Shown: in pieces, positions 13,315-24,365 of the stretch
How positions within the stretch are numbered: the first letter of the stretch is position 1
How the letters are laid out: each line of letters opens with the position of its first letter
Source of the DNA: Gracilinanus agilis
Taxonomy: Eukaryota
Length of the DNA: 64,000 nucleotides
Assembly (NCBI RefSeq): GCF_016433145.1
Contig: NC_058131.1
Location: forward strand, 576,279,257-576,343,256
Reading direction: 5' to 3'
The notes under the pieces: model-generated
Databases searched by the model: none
Seen by the model: only the letters and a program-made list of their open reading frames with translations
What the model was told of the DNA's origin: nothing
Position numbers and translations under genes: made by a program

Positions 13315-13880
13315 TTTTAAAAATATTTTTATTGATGCAATTTGCTTTTACATTCTTTAAATTTCTCCCTATCTCTCTCTCTTCCCTAATCTATATAATA
13401 AAAAAAGTTATAAAGGAAAATTAGGAAAAAGAGAAAAAAAAGTCAGTGAAACTGATCAATACATCCAGAGAAAGAGAGAGAGGAAACTATGCAATGCTCC
13501 ATGCCTGTGGATTTCCACCTCTGCAAGGAGTAGGGAAGATGTCTTCTCAAATCTCTTCTTTGGGCCATCCTTGTTCTTTGAAATTCTGCAACATTCACTT
13601 TTTGTTTTGTGGTTATTATTCTTTCAATTTACATTATTGTAGTCATTGTATTGTTTACTTAGCTCTGCTTACTTCCTTTTGCATCAGGTTTTGTAAGTCT
13701 TTTTATGTTTCTCTCTAGACATCATTTTCATTGTTTCTTATAGCACAGTAATATTTCATTTTATTCCCATACCACAATAAGTTTAGCCATCTGCTTTGTT
13801 TCTCGTTCTTTGCTACTACAAAAAGTGTATGAAAGATTTTGGTGTATTTGGAGATTTTCTTTTAATAATAACCTCCCTAT
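13315..13880 (-). mobile_element. Old L1 3' fragment
   Basis: Reverse-orientation relative of 2915-3455 (tggatttccacctctgcaagg; tttgctactacaaaaagtg). Confidence 0.75.
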
Positions 13881-13929
13881 ATTTGTTTTTGATTGCTACC
13901 TCATTGATCATTTCCTGAACTTTCTCTAA

Positions 13930-14135
13930 ATCTAGAAAATGTTTGGAATCATTAATCATAATTAAGCCAGCTTATGAATGTCACTTTACTTGCCTATTTG
14001 GTTGACCATTGCATGAACGACACCTGTGCTGCGTGGTTCCTAGAGATTTAGCACAAGGTTAAGACATAGGATGCCTAAATCTTACACAACCAGGATCCCT
14101 TATGTGACTGACCTGGGGCATAGGACCTATCTATT
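13930..14135 (-). mobile_element. LTR fragment, same family as 1996-2570
   Basis: Reverse-complement match to 2208-2315. Confidence 0.5.
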
Positions 14136-14619
14136 TCCCATTTGTCTCAGATTCTCTTTCAATTTAAAAAAAAAAAAGAAAGAAAGATTTTAACCCTAGA
14201 CAAGGATGTACTGATAAGAGCAGTGATCTGGGAGCCTGGAAACCTAATTAGCTGTGGTGTGATTTTACTAATTTTATACAAACAAGGTCCCAGAAATTGC
14301 TTTGAAGCACACAAAATCATTCAAGTCTCTTGCGGTTCAGGGAGAGAGTTGTACCTGGGTCTGGGCATCTCTGACAGGTGAATATTGGACCTGGGGTAAG
14401 TCTTTTTACCTCTTGGAGTTTGTGTCTTCATCTGTAAAATAAAGGAGTTGATCTCTGAGGTTCCTTCCAGCTGACATTTTTCTGATTCTAAGGATAAAAA
14501 TTAAAAACCTTCCATTGTAATTTAGTCAGACTCCAGGCTTGCTCAAGTGTAGTGATAGAAGAGTTCTTGATAGACAAAAGTTCTTGAAAAATAGGGGGAA
14601 ATGGAAGGGAGAAGCCTAG

Positions 14620-15052
14620 GGGACATTTTTATCTCATTGTATCAAGACAAAGTTGCTCAAGAATGTTTAAAATCACGGAGGAGGGATGCTCAGGGATGAA
14701 CCTGCAGGGAGTGGAGAAAGGAGGAACAATTCTCCCAGGCTTCACTGGATCAAATGTTATTGATAGAATGGGGCCTGATATCAGACAATCTGTAGCTATT
14801 AAAGACCAAAGCCCTGGGGGCTGCCTTCTTATGTGAGCAGCAAGCACCAAGGCCACTTGTATACACCTGGACCCTGTGAACCTGGCAAAAGATAAGATTT
14901 TAGAGAGAGGGCTAATTTTGGGCAAAAGCCTGAAGTAGGCAAAGTTTGTCATGGGGCTCCTCCTCTCCATTCCCCTTCCTTTTTGTGTCTTCCTGCCCTT
15001 CGATTTCCCTCAGACACCTAATATTGCCCAAGTGTCTCCCCTTACCAATTGC

Positions 15053-15109
<57 letters not shown>

Positions 15110-15200
15110 CCCCTCCATTAAAACTTCCTCAATGTTGCTCATTCTTTATTCTTTGGTTGTGGTAGTTAGCTAATCTCATAAATTAATGAGTACCAAATTG
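14620..15200. mobile_element. Possible LTR with a (TC)n tract (~15055-15105)
   Basis: LTR-like composition only (TC tract, ATTAAA at ~15118); termini not established. Confidence 0.3.
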
Positions 15201-15677
15201 TTTCTGAGTTTCCAGGCGCCTCAAAGGGACCCTTATTAATATACATTAATAACACTTAGGCTACATATGGGATTGGGTCTGATCATACAATTTAGAATAG
15301 ATTATGTCAGTATTCCAGATGGAGCCAGAGGCTGGCAATTTTACCCAAACATAAAATATTAGAGCTGGAGCAGACCTTGGAGGTCTTCTTTCCCTTTCCC
15401 TTCCTCTCCTTTCTCCTTTCTCCCCCTCCTCAATTTTGCCAATATGAAAACAAATTTGCTAATTTCATAGAATCATAGATTCAGGTCTCAATATCATCTA
15501 TTCTATTAGCCCTCATTTTACATTTGGGAAAACAGGTCTATGAAAGTGAAGGGACTTGCCCAAGAGCACTACTAGCAGCTAAGTGAGTTGACTGGTCAAG
15601 TAAAATTTCCCATATCCCTTCGTCTCTGTTTCCCTTCTCTCTATTTCTATTGGGTAACAGGAGCTTCTATCAACCTC

Positions 15678-15880
15678 TTTTTTTTTAAACCCTTACCTTC
15701 TGACTTAGAATCAGTACTGTGTATTGGTTCCAAGGCAGAAGAGTGGTAAGGGCTAGGCAATGGGGGTTAAGTGACTTTCCTAGGGTCACACAGCTAGGAA
15801 GTATCTGAGGTCAGATTGAACCCAGGACCACCTGTCCCTGGTCCTGGATTTTCATCCACTGGGCCATGCAGCTGCCCCCC
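15678..15880 (-). mobile_element. SINE1_Mdo-like SINE
   Basis: Consensus match; tcaacctctttt duplicated on both sides. Confidence 0.9.
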
Positions 15881-17104
15881 TCAACCTCTTTTTGACATGA
15901 TAGACCCAGAGAGAATGTGATGGAGGTGGTCCAGGTCAGGTGTACACCTTCACAGCAGTGATGAGAACTCTGGTTCTACATTTAAAACATCCCTCTCCCT
16001 AACCCCTGTCACCCACCAGTGCCTAGATGAAATGATCACTGTATTTTGGCCTTCTGAACCTGACATCTGCGCCATGGCCCCACGGGGCACTTTTTGGACA
16101 GTGGAAGAAGGCTACACTTCTGATACCCTCAGTCAAGTACATGTCTCCTTCCTTCCCCACGATGCTTATTAGAGGTGGGATGCACTCATTCAGTTAGCTA
16201 ACGTATTAGTTCCTTATCTCAAAATTATTTTTTATGAACTTGATAATCATAAACAAAAAAAGATCATCAAAGGAACATGCAAGAAAAAAAGGAACAAAAT
16301 CATTCATAAAAATCCCTAACAGAGCATGATTGACATTTTGACAAGTAGAAACCTGGATTTAAAATCAGTGGTGGTGGGTTTGAATCCATTCACTAAGCTA
16401 TGTGACCTTGGGCAAGACCCTTCACTTTTCTAGACCTGTTTTCCCATGTGTAAAATGAAGGCTAATAGACTTATTGCTATCCAGAGCTGATTCTATGAAT
16501 TTAACAAATAGCAATATGTTTGCTTTGTTTCCCTTTTGATACCTGCCTTTGACTTTGTTTTGTCTTTTGGTAGTTATAGTTGGTGTATATATTGTTCTGT
16601 CTCTCCTGGTCTTGCTTTGCAACTTTCCATATTTTCTTGTGTAATATCTTCTTTAGTCTGTTCCCCAACTCATGCCTCAGGGGAGGCTCACAGAGAATCA
16701 CTGCTGTCTCACCTTCTAGTAGAGGTGACTCTGCAAGTGGTCAGTCCTACTACTATAACTCAAAAGTCCCCACAGGTGTGTTATGTTCATAACCAGTACA
16801 CAATGAACTTTTAGCAAAGACATTGCCTAAGAAAGTATAATAATAAGAGTTAGGGAAAACTTGATACCCCTTCCTACCTGGAGTGTTCCCTCACAGAAAT
16901 ATGGCATTCTTTGAAAGACTGAGCCCAAAGATCCTGAAACACATGGTTAGGTGTGACAAGGTGGCACAATTCCTGCACTGTAGGATCTAGAAATCTATTT
17001 CTCTGCTTAGAATCTCTCTAGGGTACCATATCTCTCCTGGACTGGTCACTCACCTAAGCCCCTAGGATTTGCTTCTTGCTTGAGTTTAGAGCTGTCTGCT
17101 TTCT

Positions 17105-17395
17105 CTATTGTGAGGCATTCTTTTTTTTTTTTTAACATTCATTAAAAAAATTTCAGTTCCAAATTTTCTCCCTTCCCTATCCATTGAGAAGACTAGCAAT
17201 ATGATACCCATTATACATGTGAAGTCATGCAAAACATATTTCCATATTAGCCATGTTGCCGAAAAAAGCAAGAAAAATAAAAAGTGAAAAAATATGCTTC
17301 GTTTTGCACTCAAGAGTTCATTAGTTCTCTCTCTGGAGACAAATAGCATTTTTTGTCATGAGTCCTCTGGAATTATTGTATTGAACAGAGTAACA
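17105..17395 (-). mobile_element. L1 3'UTR tail
   Basis: aaaatttcagttccaaattttctcccttcc...ttagttctctctctggagacaaatagc. Confidence 0.8.
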
Positions 17396-18114
17396 AAGTC
17401 TTATGAGGCTTTTTTGAGGCTGCTTCCTGAGGGATCAGGTAATTATTTTTCTTTATCTACATCTGTATAAAGTGTATTTCTGCTCTCTCCTGGATGCAAC
17501 ATCCCCTATTGGTCCAGTGGCTCTAATGTCAAGGCCAAGCGGGGAAGAAAGGAAAGAAAAATCCTCTTTTTCAATTCGTTGTCCCCCAGTATAAGTGTAG
17601 AGGTTTCCTTTTGCAATTGCCTCCAACTCTCAGATTTGAATTTATACTCCTCAAAGGCTGGATGACTTACTTGTTTTACACTTAGACCCAAGAGTTATGA
17701 TTGATTCTCCAAATTGGTCAAAGATATGTTTGCCGTTTCTTTCATCTAGTACTCAAGGTCCCAAATGCCTCTGAAATTGATTAAATACTCTTTCATCAAA
17801 GAGCTCAGATTTATAAATCAAATTTAATCCTTATCACAACTTTCTGACTAAGTAAACAATTACTATCAACATCATCTTAATGTCTTCAGATTGATTTTAT
17901 TTTCCATAAACAAGTACAAATATTCAAATACCTAAACAAACATTCCCATTTTATCCATCAGAAAATGAAGGCTCAAACATGTGAGAGGCTACATTGCATA
18001 ATAAACAGAATTCAAGACTGGGAATCAGAAGACTTATCTTGGTCTGAGTTTATAGGATACTTTATTTAGAATCAAAAGGAACCTTAGAATCAATTGCCTG
18101 ATTTTTTTTATTCA

Positions 18115-18560
18115 CAGATATTTTATTTTCCCATTTAAATGCAATAATTTTAACATGTATTTTCTATAGTTATAAGATCCAAATTGTCTCCCTCCCTCTT
18201 TTCCTTCCCCCCTCCTCAAGATGGTAAGTCATTTGATCTGGGTTACACATGTGTTATGATGCAAATCATACTTCTATATTGGTCATTGTTGCAAGGAAAT
18301 ATTCATATAAAACTAGAACCCTAAAATAAAACCACAGATAAACTGTAAAAGATAGTATGCTTTGATCTGTATCTGATTCCAACAGTTCTTTCTCTGGAGG
18401 TGGATGGCATTCTTTGTCATAAGTCCTGCAGAATTGTCCCAGATAACTATATCACTGAGAGTAGCTAGATCATCGACCAATATTGGTGTTATTATGCACA
18501 ATGTTCTCCCAGTTCTGCTTATTTTGTTCTGCATCAGTTCAGTAGATCTTTCCAAACTGC
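18115..18560 (-). mobile_element. L1 3' fragment
   Basis: ctttgatctgtatctgattccaacagttctttctctggaggtggatggcattc...tctgcatcagttca. Confidence 0.85.
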
Positions 18561-19251
18561 CTGATTTTACTGATGAAAAACTGAAACCAAAAGAGGTGAT
18601 TAGCCCAGGGTGATACATTTAGTATTAAAGGCAAAGACTGGACCCAGATTTTCCATTAACTAGCTAAAGGATTTTTTTTTTTGCAAACTCACACAAAATA
18701 TGTATTCCAAGTTAGTTATTTTTGATGCAGTAGTTTTCTCCTTATAGACTCATGTGATATCCACTTTTCAAAATCTGTAAATAATGTTATCAAGACAATA
18801 TTAATCTTTGAAACCTCACAAAAATTTTATCTATCAAGGCTTCAAAAAAACATAAAAATATTTTACAGACGTGCCCAAAATACTTACTCTGAAAGCTGCC
18901 AGAGCTGCCACATTTGTTTTCATCTTATCCTTAGACTATGAGTCCCTTGAAAGCAGGCATTGTCTTTTGCTCTTCTTTGTATCCCCAGAGCTTACACATT
19001 GGCTGGCATACAGTGGGCACCTAATAAGTGATTACTGAATGACTTGAATAAGACTATTCACTTCTTTGAGGGCCATTTAAAATGAGAGATTGAATCCATA
19101 ATGCCTCTTTTAGCTTTACCAATTTATAGCTCTGTGATTTGCTGAATGAGTGATGAAGTTTATTAACACAAGACACATTCACTTATTACATGGTATTTGA
19201 ATGCTAGGCATATAATTGTTATCCAATAAACACCCTCAGTACTTTCTAGGA

Positions 19252-19495
19252 TAGCTAGGTGGCACAGTGGATAGAGCTCAGGGTCTGGAATCAGGAAGAG
19301 CTGAGTTCAAATCTTACTTCAGACATTTCCTAGCTGTGCTACCCTGGGCAAATCACTTAACCCAGTATGCCCCAGTTTCCTCATCTGTAAAACAAGCTGG
19401 AGAAAGAAATGGCAAACTACTTCAGTATCTTTGCTAAGAGAACCCTAATTGGAGTTACAAAGAGTTGAACATGATTGAAATGAATGAACAAAGAC
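19252..19495 (+). mobile_element. MAR1/MIR-core SINE
   Basis: gatagctaggtggcacagtggatagagc...gaaatggcaaactacttcagtatctttgc. Confidence 0.85.
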
Positions 19496-20419
19496 AAGAA
19501 ATGATTTTTTTTCAACCTTGCATTCAGAGAAACTTAGAATATTAGAGTTAGATGGAACCTTAGAAATAATTGCATTTAACCCTATTATTTTATAAGTACA
19601 TAAACTGAGGTCCAAAGGGATGAATTATTGAGGTCTAAAGTTACCCAGCATTAGTAGCAGAGTTAGGATGTTATAGAACTTGGGTCTCCTGAGTCTTAGC
19701 CTAATCCTCTTGCTATAATACAAGGTCAATGAGATCTGACTGTACAAAATTGCCCATTTTCTTTTTAATAAAACTCTCAACCAAGTTAGTTGTCCATCTG
19801 AATATCAAGAAGTGAGCCACCCTTGAATGGTACAAGAGAACATAAAAATTATTAAATGTTAAAAAATAAAATAAAATTATAATGATAATATTAGGTAGAT
19901 GTAAGCACATTATTATCATTATAATTTTATTTTATTTTTTTAACATTTAATAATTTTTAATTTTTTTAGAAAAGTTAACATGGTTACATGATTCATGCTC
20001 TTACTTTCCCCTTCACCCCCCTTTACCCCGCTCCCCCCATAGCCGATGCGCATTTCCACTGGATGTGTCATTGATCAAGACCTATTTCCAAATTTATCAT
20101 TATCATTTTAGTCAAGACTCAATTTCCCTGAGAATGAACAACTCTCAATGTGGAAGCTTCCTCCTCTAATGTAGCATTGCATGTCGATTTGAGTGATTTG
20201 AGCAAGGTCCCACAGTTGGCAGGACTTGAATTCAGGCTTTCTAGATTCCCAGGGACTTGTCCTCTTCTCACTACCATGTTGCCTTTCATTCATGGTCCCA
20301 TTCATGAAAAATGGAAATTGTGTGCTATTTTTCCTTCCTCCATTGGCTACAAATAATATTGGCTCATTTCTCCCCTCACCTTCTGAAATTTGAAGACAAT
20401 ATTTTCTTTCTTCCTTTTT

Positions 20420-20830
20420 TTACTGTCTTTATTGATTAATTAAGAATATTTTCCCATGGTTACATGATTCATGCTCTTTCCCTCCCCTCCTCTCAACCCC
20501 CTCCCGTAGCCGACACGCAATTCCACTGGGTTTTACATGTATCATTTGATCAAGACCTATTTCCATATTTTTGATATTTGTATTAGGATGATCGCTTAGA
20601 GTCTACATCCCCAATCATGTCCCCATTGAACCTTGAGATCAAGCAGTTGTTTTTCTTCTGTGTTTCTGCTCCCACAGTTCTTTCTCTGGATGTGAATAGT
20701 GTTCTTTCTCATTAGTCCTTCATTATTGTCCTGGGTCATTGCATTGCTATTAGTAGAGAAGTCCACCACATTCAATTGCACCACAGTGTATGTCTCTGTG
20801 TATAAAGTTCTCTTGCTTCTGCTCCTTTCG
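20420..20830 (-). mobile_element. L1 3' end (a shorter tail also lies at ~19930-20090)
   Basis: Monodelphis L1 3'UTR pattern; reverse relative of 51800-52210. Confidence 0.9.
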
Positions 20831-22494
20831 CTAAGATGATACTTTCAGTAGCCATTGGTTGCTCTACTTTCCCAAGACACTGGTCCCTCTCTACGTACGA
20901 TGACTTTGACCTCATGTCAGGGTATGGCAATGCCCATTTCAATGTGTTGTCCATAATTTGGAAACCACTTTGGAGTCATATATCCTTTGGGTGCCTCGAG
21001 ACAGATGAAACCTTCTGTCTAAGCTCTTTCCTGAGTCCAGTCATAGGTTTGGTTCTCACTGCCCCAGCAGGAACCTTCACCTAAAAGAACCGAGATTCCA
21101 TGGAGAGCCATGCTGATCTGCTAACGCCATAAGAAAAGAGAGCATCTCGCACATGCTAACATATTAAATAAAACACAGCGCACCAAGCAGTACTTGCCCT
21201 GGAGCCAAACACAATAAAAACTGCCAGTGTTCAATCAAAGTGTTCATCCAGATGGCCTGCGAATAGAGCATGACAGAAGCACAGGTGTACTGCATGGATA
21301 ATGAAGCTCTTGGCAGCATGTTTCAGTAACATGGTTAATGCATGAAATGATATTCTATCATCTCACACATTATATATTCTGGCCATGGGAGTTGCCACAG
21401 TGGTCCAGTCAAAAGCCAGTTGGAAGTAAAAATGGAGTAAAATGGTTTCCCTGAGCTCACTATTGTTTCCAGTTGGTGAACAGGAACAAATGACCAGACT
21501 GGGAGCACTCATGGGCACGCTGGCTGGGGAGACTGTGGCAATGTGCATTCTTCTGGCAGGTTGGGGGAGCATGGCAACAGCCAAGAGCTTCACTCTGAAC
21601 TTAGCCTCTCCCCCGGGTAATAGTGTATAGGGCACAAACAATCTCAGGAAGCCACCCCCCCTTTCAGAAGTCCAACTGCTAGAAGCCAAACCCAGTGGCA
21701 TGAGGAGAATTTGTCCTGTAGAGAAGAGGTTATTTTATTCTATGCCTTATGATTAAAGAATAAAAAGGACAGCATGAATCCAATCCCTCGTGAATGGATA
21801 GAATAGTTCTGCTTTCTATAAATTGATTTGAATTTTTTTGAGGTTCTGTCCTTATATTTCACCCTTAAATAGGGGTTCTTCATCTTTTTTTGTATCCTGG
21901 CCTCTGGAGAAGGGGTTTATGGATCCCTTTCCAGAATAATGTTTCTCAATGCATAAAGTAAAATGCATTGGATTGCAAATGGTAGCCGGGTTCCAAATAC
22001 CTTTATAAGCACTCATAGATTAACAAATGAGTGAATGAATGAAAAAGTATTTACTAAGTTCCAGGTACTCTGCTAAGCTCATGGTAACAGTGCATTTATT
22101 AAGTATAGGGAGGGAATTTGTTACAAGCACAGAAAATAAGCAAATGCAAAGGACTCAAAAGAACCCATAGACAACAGGAAATAAATATGTATATATAATA
22201 ATATATGTACAACCTATATCATATTAACTGCCTTCTTAGGGGAGGGGAAGGGCGGGAAGTATGGAAAGAACTTGGATTATAAAATGTTAGAAAATGAAAA
22301 TTAAAGACTGTCATGTCATTAATGGACAAGTAATTTGGACAAAAAATTTAAATAGAATCCATAGACATTACAGATAATCTAAAAGGACTCCCCAAATTCC
22401 ATAAACTATGATTACAATTTTCCTTTCTCTCAAATCAGTTTCCTACTTTCCACCAAGAATCTATTCTTATTTTAAATTCTTATTGGTACCATAT

Positions 22495-22671
22495 GTTTTT
22501 TTTCAACCCCTACTTTTTGTCCTAGTAACAACTCTAAGACAGAAGGATAAGGGCTAGGCAAAAGTGACTTGCCCAGGGTCATACAGCTAGAAGTATCTGA
22601 AGCCAGATTTGAACCCAAGTCCTCCCACTTTCAGGCCTGGCATTCTAACCACTATGTTACCTAGGTGATCC
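22495..22671 (-). mobile_element. SINE1_Mdo-like SINE
   Basis: Consensus match. Confidence 0.85.
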
Positions 22672-23212
22672 TTTACCGTGTGGTTTTTACTGCCCTCAGA
22701 AGAGGGATGAACATCCAGTTGTTTATGTTGCAACCCCTGACATTTTGGTGAGCCTTTTTTTTTTGTCCCTCAGAGCCCCATGTAGACATTTTGCTTCATG
22801 GCTTCGACTTCTCTGGAAGAGGAATGCTCTTAGATGGGCAACCTCTCTTCCTATATTGGATTCATAGTATCTAAATAACTCAAAAGGAATAGTAGAAGTC
22901 CAGATGCCTTATTGTGGCTCCCCCTTGTTTGATGCTTCTTCTAACACCAGATGTGTGTTATACTCTTCTTTAAGAGACACACTATTCAGGAAGTTCTCCA
23001 TCAGTGCCAATAAAAGAGTAGAGCAAAAGTTTCTTTAAAATGGGATTTCTAGCAAGGCAACCCTCAGGAATTTAATTATCTCTTAGCCTGGCTTATGGTT
23101 TAGGCCTTAAAATCAGGGAAGGGAAAAGGAATTAGAAAACCAAAAGGTAGTCAGGAATTTGGGGACTAGGAATTTTCTTATGTGTACTTCTGTCATGTAC
23201 CTTTCTAAGATC

Positions 23213-23428
23213 CCTCTCTCTAAATCTCTCTTTCAACCCTTACTTTCTGTCTTGGAATCCATACTGTATTTTGGTTCTAAGGCTGAAGAGTGGCATGAGC
23301 TAGGTTATAGACATTAAGTGACTTGCCCAAGGCCATACAGCTAAGGAAGTGTCTGAGACCACATTCAAACCCAGGAACTCTTGTCTCTAGGCCTGCCTCT
23401 TAATCTCCTGAACCATCTAACTGCCCCA
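23213..23428 (-). mobile_element. SINE1_Mdo-like SINE
   Basis: Consensus match; TSD ctttctaagatc at 23201-12 and 23429-40. Confidence 0.85.
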
Positions 23429-24177
23429 CTTTCTAAGATCTCTGGATATTCTTACCACTGGCTTGACTGCTGTTATCACTTAGCTTAAGAGGCTACCATC
23501 TCCCACAGCTGGAAATGAAAGTTGATTGGTCCCTGCAGTCTAGGAACTCTCTTCTTGAGTCATTGGCTCAAGCACATGAAGCTTATCATATATTTCTAGT
23601 GCAAAGCAGCCACAAGTATCTCCTGGGGTGAAAGCATAACTTTCTCTACTGCCACTTGTGCTCTGGGGATTTTCCTGGAAAACAGGTAGAAAAGGGGCAA
23701 AGGGATAAACAAGTCTTTCTGCCTTTTGTAGGCCAGCACAAAGGAGCGACTCCTTCAACAAGAATCTACCCTCCCAAGATGATGAACCAACCTTTTTATC
23801 TTCAAGTAAGTCTCCCTGTCAGTGAAACCTATCTTACAGGAGGTAGCAAGGTGTGTACCCACACTTTCCTTCAGAAGATGCAATCAAAAGCCCTTCAAGA
23901 AGCCTTACCTCCTCTTGGTAAGTGCATCCAATCAACGAGGGATCAATGCCTTCTGGGTGAAAGAAGCACTGGACCCTGTGGTTCCTAAGATCTCTTCTAA
24001 CTCTCAATCCTATGACGGCATTACCTGCAGTTAGAAACTGTACAAATCTTCTTCACAACTGCTGTTATTGGTCTAACACCATGCTAGAGGATGTTGAAGT
24101 AGAAGAGAACATAGAAGGTAAAGTCTCTGCCCCCAAGGAAATTATGATCCAGTGTGAGGGTTCTTAAACCTTTTGAT

Positions 24178-24365
24178 GAGGGAGCTCAGTGGATAGAGAG
24201 CCAGACTTAGAGATGGGAGGTCTTAGATTCAAATCCAGCCTCAGATACTTCCTAGCTTTATGATGTTGGACAAGTCACTTAATCCCCATTGCTTAGTCCT
24301 TCCCACTCTACTGTCTTGGAACCAATACACAGTATTGATTCTAAGATGAAGGGTAAGAGTTAAAA
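24178..24365 (+). mobile_element. SINE1_Mdo-like SINE inserted in a Charlie-like fragment
   Basis: gggagctcagtggatagagagccagac...gaagggtaagagttaaaaa; aaaccttttg duplicated on either side. Confidence 0.85.

Noticed and set aside
14629-14970. 113-aa minus-strand ORF considered as retroviral protease/pol
   Set aside because: No DTG/DSG, YxDD or integrase motifs; it lies in LTR-like non-coding sequence.
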